Below, in pieces: positions 57,898-64,000 of a stretch of 64,000 nucleotides of DNA; within the stretch, counting starts at the first letter, position 1, and the number at the start of each line of letters is the position of its first letter. The translations under genes were made by a program, and so were the position numbers. The notes beneath the pieces were generated by a model. The model saw nothing but the letters and a program-made list of their open reading frames with translations, was not told the DNA's origin and did not search any database. The stretch is from Candidatus Eiseniibacteriota bacterium (GTDB taxonomy: Bacteria; Eisenbacteria; RBG-16-71-46). Where the stretch lies: NCBI GenBank assembly GCA_044223005.1, contig JBGAML010000003.1, positions 224,001 to 288,000 on the forward strand. The letters are read 5' to 3'.

Positions 57898-60800
57898 GGC
57901 GCGTCGCGCTGCTGCTCGCGATCGCCGCCGCGCTGATCCTGCCCGCGGCCGGCCGTGGCGCGCCCGCGGGGCCGCCCGAACCTCCGTTCCGGATCAGCGC
58001 CGACAACCTGACCGGCGGGCGCGAGCCCGACGGCGACGTGCTCTACCTGAACGGCAACCTGCGCGTGACGCGCGGGCGCACGGTGCTCACCGCCGACAAC
58101 GGCCGCTACCTGCGCGCCACCGGGCTCATCGACCTCACGGGCAACGTGAAGCTCGTCGACAGCTCGACGACCGTCACCTGCGAGCACGCGACGTTCTCGG
58201 AGAACGACGACCGCCTGAACCTCGACGGCAACGTGGTGATCGTGGACAAGGAGGCGCGGCTGCACGCCCCCATGGGCTGGTACGACCGCCGTACCGGCCT
58301 CGCGCACCTGACCGGCGGCGTGTCCGGCCAGGAGAAGCAGCAGCACATCTTCGCGGACGAGGCGACCTACCTGCGCGATTCCTCGATCGTGCAGGCCCGC
58401 GGCCACGTGCGCGGTGTCGACGACGAGAGCCACTCGGACCTCGAGGCGAAGGCGGTGGACTTCGACCGCCGGACGCGCGTCGCCGTGGCGACCGGGGACC
58501 CCGTGCTGCGCTCGAAGGACGCCGACAGCAGCGTCACCGTGCTGCGCGCGCTCAAGCTGCGCGTGGATTCGAGGTCACGCGTCGCCGAGGCCATGGACTC
58601 GGTGCGCGTCGAGCGCGACACGCTGAGCGGCCGGGCCGACTACGCGCGCTTCGACGACCTGTCGGGCGAGGGCATCCTGCTCGGCTCGCCGCGGCTGTGG
58701 GACCAGGAGACGCGCGTGTCGGGCGACACGATCGAGACGCGGGCGCAGAAGCGCAAGCTCCAGCGCGTCATCGTGCGCGGCAACGCCGTCATGGACTACC
58801 TCGGTCTCCGCGCGACCAACGCCGGCGAATCGAGCCGCCTGACCGGCACGCGGCTCGAGGCGTGGGTCGGCGGCGACCACATCGACAGCCTCATGGCCAC
58901 CGGGAAGGCGAGCAACGACTACGGCTCGACCAAGAAGGCGGGGAAGACCGCCGAGCGGAACCTGGCGTACGGCGACACGATCCTCGTCTACTTCAAGGAC
59001 CGCAAGATCGACCGCGCGCGGCTGCAGTCGGGCGCGCACGGGGAATACCGGCCCGCGGTGGACGAGAAGGACACGCTCGCGGTCGCGAACGAGGTCGTGC
59101 GCTACGACGGCCGGCACATCGACTTCGTGGTCCCGAAGAACACCATCGTGCTCGACGGGCTCGCGCACCTGACCTACCGCGAGCTCGAGCTGAACGCGAA
59201 GCAGGTCGAGTTCGACAGCGAGAAGCAGACGCTGGTCGCGCGCGGCACGCCGCGGCTGCTCGACAAGGGCGACAAGGTCGACGGCCGCATGATGACCTAC
59301 GACCTCGGCTCGCGCGTGGGCACGATCTACGAGGCGAAGACCGCGTACGAGAAGGGGCTCTACCGCGGCGACCGGATCCGCAAGGTGGGGGACAACGAGC
59401 TCGACGTGATGAACGGCTCGTACACGACGTGCGACCTCGACCATCCGCACTACCACTTCTCGGCGCACTACATGAAGATCTACCTCAAGGACAAGCTGGT
59501 CGCGAAGCCGGTCGTCTTCTACCTGCGCAACGTGCCCGTGCTGGCGCTGCCCTTCTACGTGTTCCCGATCAAACCCGGCCGGCACTCCGGGTTCCTGTTC
59601 CCGGCGTTCGAATTCGGGTTCAACAACCGCGCGGGCCAGTTCATCCGCAACGCCGGCTACTACTGGGCGCCCAACGACTACATGGACCTGACGCTCGCGG
59701 CCGACTACTACCAGGCCGCGCCGTCGTACACCCTGCACGCGGACGGGAACTACAAGCTCCTCTACAAGTTCGACGGCCAGTTCTCGGGCCGCTACGAGCG
59801 CAACGAGGGCAGCGGCCGCGCCGACTACGTGTTCGACGGCTGGCATTCGCAGGAAGTGACGCCGCGCACGCGCTTCATCGCCCGGGGCAACTTCGTCTCG
59901 AGCCGCGACTACAACGCCAGCGCGCTTTCGGGCTCGACGCTCGAGCAGCGGCTGAACCGCTTCCTCACGTCGAGCCTGTCGCTGTCGCACTCGGCCGACT
60001 GGGCGTCGTTCAGTGCCGTCATGGACCGGCGCCAGGATCTCGACGCCGACCAGTCGATCACCGTTCCGTTCGGCGCGAACACCGCGCCGGGGCTCTACAA
60101 GCCCGGAACGTTCGCCTCGCTGCCCAACCTGACCCTCAACTCGCCCAACCTGTCGGTGCAGTTCCCCTCGCGCACGCTGGGCAGCTACCGCTTCTTCAAG
60201 GACACGAAGGCCGAAACGCTGCTGTCGTCGACCTACCTGAGCCTCGGTACCCAGTTCCAGAGCTACAGCACGCGGCAGGCGTTCGTGCGCAACTGGCAGT
60301 ACCGCTACGACGGGCTCGGCAACGCCGTCGACTCGGCGACCGTGCTCGACCAGCGCGTGATCACGCGCCGCGGGTTCGTGACCAACTTCGGGCTCTCGGA
60401 CGCGCGGCGGCTCTTCGGCTGGCTCAACGTCTCGCCGGGCATCAGCGGCCAGGCCGTCGTGTTCGACTTCGACGAGCAGGGGCATCGCCTCGTGCCCGCC
60501 GCGACGTGGTCGTCGTCCGCCGGCATGAGTTCGACCTTCTACGGCACGTTCAAGCCCAAGCTGCCCTACGTCGCCGGCATCCGGCACGTGCTGTTCCCCA
60601 GCGTGGCGGTCAGCTATTCGCCCGCCAATCCGGGACTCCAGTACCGCGACACCTCGGGCGTGCTGCGCAACCGGTTCAACGGCTTCGGCAGCATCAATGT
60701 CTCCGCCGCCAAGAGCGCGTTCGTCACGATGGCGCTGGACCAGCGCTTCCAGGTGAAGCTCAAGAACGGCGACAAGGTGACGCGCATCGACAACCTGCTC

Positions 60801-61412
60801 AGCTGGAGTACCGCCACGAGCTACAACCTGCTCTGGCGCGAGCAGCACGCGCTGCACCCGATGACACCCATCGCGACCGTGCTCACGCTGCAGCCGCCGG
60901 GCTTCGTCTACGCGAGCGCGAACGGCACGTTCGACCAGTACAACGGCCGGCCGCTGCAGAACGGGAACTTCAACCTCGGGATGAACTTCTCGAGCAGCGG
61001 CGCGCGCAAGAACCCCGCGCCGCTCGCGACCGATGCCGCCGCGCGCAAGGACGAGATCGTCGGCCCCGCCGACTTCCGGGAGACGTGGCGCGCGTCGCTG
61101 GCCTACTCGTACAGCGGTGGCCAGTCGACGCGCGGCTGGACCGCGCAGAAGACCGCGAACGGTACGTTCTCGTACCAGATGACGCCCAACTGGCAGCTCG
61201 ACTACTCCGCCGCCTACGACGTCACCCGCGCGCAGGTGCTCTCGCAGCGCTACAGCGTCACGCGCATCATCCACTGCTGGGAAGCGACTTTCACCCGCTC
61301 GTTCGTGCCCGGCAACGAGGCGGAGTACTACTTCCGCCTGGGCGTGCGCGACCAGCGCGAGATCTACTTCGAGCGCGGCACCCGGGCCCAGAGCTTCGGC
61401 GGCATCCAATAG
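57894..61412 (+). CDS. lptD: LPS-assembly protein LptD with extended N-terminal LptA/OstA-like repeats
   Basis: Signal peptide; beta-jellyroll repeats ([17 protein letters not shown]); [28 protein letters not shown]. Confidence 0.8.
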   Translation: MRRVALLLAIAAALILPAAGRGAPAGPPEPPFRISADNLTGGREPDGDVLYLNGNLRVTRGRTVLTADNGRYLRATGLIDLTGNVKLVDSSTTVTCEHATFSENDDRLNLDGNVVIVDKEARLHAPMGWYDRRTGLAHLTGGVSGQEKQQHIFADEATYLRDSSIVQARGHVRGVDDESHSDLEAKAVDFDRRTRVAVATGDPVLRSKDADSSVTVLRALKLRVDSRSRVAEAMDSVRVERDTLSGRADYARFDDLSGEGILLGSPRLWDQETRVSGDTIETRAQKRKLQRVIVRGNAVMDYLGLRATNAGESSRLTGTRLEAWVGGDHIDSLMATGKASNDYGSTKKAGKTAERNLAYGDTILVYFKDRKIDRARLQSGAHGEYRPAVDEKDTLAVANEVVRYDGRHIDFVVPKNTIVLDGLAHLTYRELELNAKQVEFDSEKQTLVARGTPRLLDKGDKVDGRMMTYDLGSRVGTIYEAKTAYEKGLYRGDRIRKVGDNELDVMNGSYTTCDLDHPHYHFSAHYMKIYLKDKLVAKPVVFYLRNVPVLALPFYVFPIKPGRHSGFLFPAFEFGFNNRAGQFIRNAGYYWAPNDYMDLTLAADYYQAAPSYTLHADGNYKLLYKFDGQFSGRYERNEGSGRADYVFDGWHSQEVTPRTRFIARGNFVSSRDYNASALSGSTLEQRLNRFLTSSLSLSHSADWASFSAVMDRRQDLDADQSITVPFGANTAPGLYKPGTFASLPNLTLNSPNLSVQFPSRTLGSYRFFKDTKAETLLSSTYLSLGTQFQSYSTRQAFVRNWQYRYDGLGNAVDSATVLDQRVITRRGFVTNFGLSDARRLFGWLNVSPGISGQAVVFDFDEQGHRLVPAATWSSSAGMSSTFYGTFKPKLPYVAGIRHVLFPSVAVSYSPANPGLQYRDTSGVLRNRFNGFGSINVSAAKSAFVTMALDQRFQVKLKNGDKVTRIDNLLSWSTATSYNLLWREQHALHPMTPIATVLTLQPPGFVYASANGTFDQYNGRPLQNGNFNLGMNFSSSGARKNPAPLATDAAARKDEIVGPADFRETWRASLAYSYSGGQSTRGWTAQKTANGTFSYQMTPNWQLDYSAAYDVTRAQVLSQRYSVTRIIHCWEATFTRSFVPGNEAEYYFRLGVRDQREIYFERGTRAQSFGGIQ

Positions 61413-61467
61413 GTCGCGCGACTCCCCGGCGGAGTCGCCGACTTCTACCGGAAATGGGACTTCCCAC

Positions 61468-63822
61468 ATGAGCTTCATCCCACTGCAGACCGTCCGCCGC
61501 GAGGGCGCGGCGCCGCCGCCGGTCGTCGACTCGGTCCGGCTGCGCATCTCGGGCATGCACTGCGCGTCGTGCGTGAGCCGCGTCGAGGCGGCGCTGGGCT
61601 CGGTGCCCGGCGTGGCCTCGGCGGCGGTGAACCTGGCGACGATGCGGGCGGAGGTCGCGCTCACGCGGCCGGTGAGCGGGGACGTGCTCGCGGCGGCGAT
61701 CCGGCAGGCGGGCTACGACGCGCACGTGGTGACGACGCCCGTGGCCGACGACGCCGAGGTGAAGGCGCGCGCCGAGGAACTGGCGACGGTGCGGCGGCGG
61801 TTCGTGACGGCGCTCGCGTTCGGGGCGCCCGTGCTGGTGCTGGCGCACCTCTCGCTGGTCCCGGGCGTCGCCACGCCCGAGTGGGCGAATCCCGTGCAAC
61901 TCGTGCTCGCGACGCTCGTGCAGTTCGGTGCGGGCTGGGGCTTCGTGCGCGGCATGGTGCGCGGGTTCGCGCGCCGCGCGCCCGACATGGACACGCTCGT
62001 CGGGCTCGGCACGCTCACCGCGTGGAGCTACTCGGCGCTCGCGACGCTGGCGCCCGCCGTGGTGGGCGAGCACCACGGGGCGCACACCTATTTCGACACC
62101 TCGGTCACGATCGTCGTGCTGATCCTGCTCGGGCGGCTGCTCGAGGCGCGCGCCAAGACGCGCGCGTCGCGCGCCATGCGCGAGCTGCTCGACCTGCGCC
62201 CGCGCACCGCGCGGCGGCTGCGCGACGCGGCCGACGCGGTGGGCGAGGACGTGCCGCTCGACGCGGTGCAGCCCGGCGACCGGTTGCTCGTGCGGCCGGG
62301 CGAGCGTGTGCCGGTGGACGGCGTGATCGACGGCGGCCGCTCGGCCGTGGACCAGAGCATGCTCACCGGCGAGCCCATCCCCGTCGACGTCGGCCCGGGC
62401 AGCCGCGTCACGGGCGCGACGATGAACCAGACCGGCGCGTTCACGATGCGCGCCGAGCGCGTGGGTGCCGAGTCGATGCTCATGCAGATCGTGGCCATGG
62501 TCGAGCGCGCGCAGACGAGCAAGGCCGCCGTGCAGTCGCTCGCCGACCGCATCGCGGCCGTGTTCGTGCCCGCGGTGATCGGCGTGGCACTCGTCGCGTT
62601 CGCGGCGTGGCTGCTCGCCGGCGCCGGGCTCGCGCCGGCGCTGCTGCGCCTGGTCGCGGTGCTGATCGTGGCGTGCCCGTGCGCGCTCGGGCTCGCCACG
62701 CCGACCGCGCTCATCGTCGGCACCGGCCGCGGCGCCGAGATGGGCGTGTTGGTGCGCGACGCACGCGCGCTGGAATCGGCCGCCGCGGTGGACACCGTGG
62801 TGTTCGACAAGACGGGCACGCTGACGCGCGGCGCACCGCAGCTGACCGACGTGGTGCCCGCGCCGGGCTGCGACGCGCAGCGGCTGCTGCAGGCCGTGGC
62901 CACCGCCGAGTCGCGCAGCGAGCACCCGCTCGCCACGGCGATCGTGCGTGGCGCGCGCGAGCGCGGCGCGGAACCGCTCGCCGTCGAGGACTTCGGCGCC
63001 GCGCCCGGCCGCGGCGTATGGGCGTTCGCCTCCGGCCGCGCACTCGCCGCCGGCCGCGACGAGCTGCTCGCCGAGTACGGCGCCGACCCCGCGCCGCTCG
63101 CCGCCGAACGCGAGCGGCTCGAGGCGCTGGGGCGCACCGTGGTCGGCGTCGCCGACACCGGCGAGCTGCTCGGGCTGGTCGCGCTCGCCGACACCGCGCG
63201 GCCCGAGGCGGCCGCCGTGGTGGCGGCGCTGCAGCGCGAGGGGCGCGAGGTGTGGCTGCTGACCGGTGACCACACCGCCACCGCGCGCGCCGTGGCCGCG
63301 GGGGCGGGCATCGCCCCCGAGCGCGTGATCGCCGAGGTGCTGCCGTCCGAGAAGCGCGAACGGATCTCCGCGCTGCAGGCGCAGGGCCGCAAGGTCGCGA
63401 TGGTGGGCGACGGGCTCAACGACGCGCCCGCGCTGGCGCAGGCCGATGCCGGGCTCGCGATGGCGAGCGGCACCGACGTCGCCATGGAGGCGAGCAGCTT
63501 CACGCTGCTGCGCGGCGACCTCACCGCAGTGCGCGACGCGCTCGCGCTCTCTCGGCGCACGCTGCAGGTGATCCGCCAGAACCTCTTCTGGGCGTTCGCC
63601 TACAACGTCGTGCTGATCCCGGTCGCCGCCGGCGCGCTCGTGCCGCTGCTCGCGGGCAACACGCCCGGCGGTCCGCTCTGGGGCTGGCGCGGCACCCTGC
63701 ACCCGATGCTCGCGTCGCTCGCCATGGCGCTCTCCAGCGTGTCGGTCGTCAGCTCGTCGTTGCGCCTGCGCGGCTTTCGCGGCTTTCACCGAGAGGCGGG
63801 CGGCGCGATACTGCCCCGCTGA
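61468..63822 (+). CDS. copA: Cu(I)-translocating P1B-type ATPase
   Basis: GMHCASC, TGE, CPCALG, DKTGT, SEHP, GDGLND, YN and MALSS membrane ligands. Confidence 0.93.
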   Translation: MSFIPLQTVRREGAAPPPVVDSVRLRISGMHCASCVSRVEAALGSVPGVASAAVNLATMRAEVALTRPVSGDVLAAAIRQAGYDAHVVTTPVADDAEVKARAEELATVRRRFVTALAFGAPVLVLAHLSLVPGVATPEWANPVQLVLATLVQFGAGWGFVRGMVRGFARRAPDMDTLVGLGTLTAWSYSALATLAPAVVGEHHGAHTYFDTSVTIVVLILLGRLLEARAKTRASRAMRELLDLRPRTARRLRDAADAVGEDVPLDAVQPGDRLLVRPGERVPVDGVIDGGRSAVDQSMLTGEPIPVDVGPGSRVTGATMNQTGAFTMRAERVGAESMLMQIVAMVERAQTSKAAVQSLADRIAAVFVPAVIGVALVAFAAWLLAGAGLAPALLRLVAVLIVACPCALGLATPTALIVGTGRGAEMGVLVRDARALESAAAVDTVVFDKTGTLTRGAPQLTDVVPAPGCDAQRLLQAVATAESRSEHPLATAIVRGARERGAEPLAVEDFGAAPGRGVWAFASGRALAAGRDELLAEYGADPAPLAAERERLEALGRTVVGVADTGELLGLVALADTARPEAAAVVAALQREGREVWLLTGDHTATARAVAAGAGIAPERVIAEVLPSEKRERISALQAQGRKVAMVGDGLNDAPALAQADAGLAMASGTDVAMEASSFTLLRGDLTAVRDALALSRRTLQVIRQNLFWAFAYNVVLIPVAAGALVPLLAGNTPGGPLWGWRGTLHPMLASLAMALSSVSVVSSSLRLRGFRGFHREAGGAILPR

Positions 63823-63863
63823 CGGCGCGAACGCGCGCCGAACCCCCACTCGAAGAGGATCCG

Positions 63864-64000
63864 ATGCGCCGAATCGTGATGTCGCTCGCCGTGCTCGCGC
63901 TCGCCGCGGGCTGTGCCGCCTCCAGCGGCCCCAAGGAAGTGCAGGTCCAGGTCACCGACGACGGCTTCGTGCCCAAGAGCGTCGAAGTCGCGAAGGGCCA
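63864..64000 (+). CDS. Cupredoxin-like lipoprotein (5' part only)
   Basis: GAGGA SD; MRRIVMSLAVLALAAGC lipobox, then EVQVQVTDDGFVPKSVEVAKG; follows copA. Confidence 0.7.
   Translation, partial: MRRIVMSLAVLALAAGCAASSGPKEVQVQVTDDGFVPKSVEVAKG

Overview
High-GC bacterial chromosomal segment with about 53 tightly packed CDS. I found no rRNA, tRNA, CRISPR array, integrase or transposase. The gene content (T9SS/FlgD-like C-terminal domains, PorX next to tsaE, FCB-type LptD and histidine kinase) suggests an FCB-related lineage such as Ca. Eisenbacteria; this is inference only. Most of the window is housekeeping or metabolism: thiolase/hbd/acyl-CoA dehydrogenases, acpS-accC-BCCP-methylmalonyl-CoA mutase-mce, tgt-yajC-def-fmt-rsmB-PASTA-rpe, ffh-rpsP, serS, porX-tsaE-tsaB/rimI, accD-folC-lptD and copA. 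The strongest candidate for an undescribed system is a three-gene cassette between rpe and ffh (37896-43433). It encodes an ECF sigma factor, a membrane Ser/Thr kinase with an extracytoplasmic DUF4384-like domain, and a signal-peptide TPR-CHAT caspase-like protease. The kinase ectodomain and a loop next to the protease catalytic His share a near-identical peptide, RGIGG(M/L)APAP, which suggests a periplasmic proteolysis -> kinase -> sigma cascade. Other oddities: RsmB with a ~390-aa tandem-repeat N-terminal extension, a Cys-cluster kinase lacking the H-box His, a DprE2-DprE1-like pair, a long LptA-repeat/LptD protein, an atypical TGT pocket and two probable CTG start codons. All functional calls come from motif recognition by eye, with no database searches.
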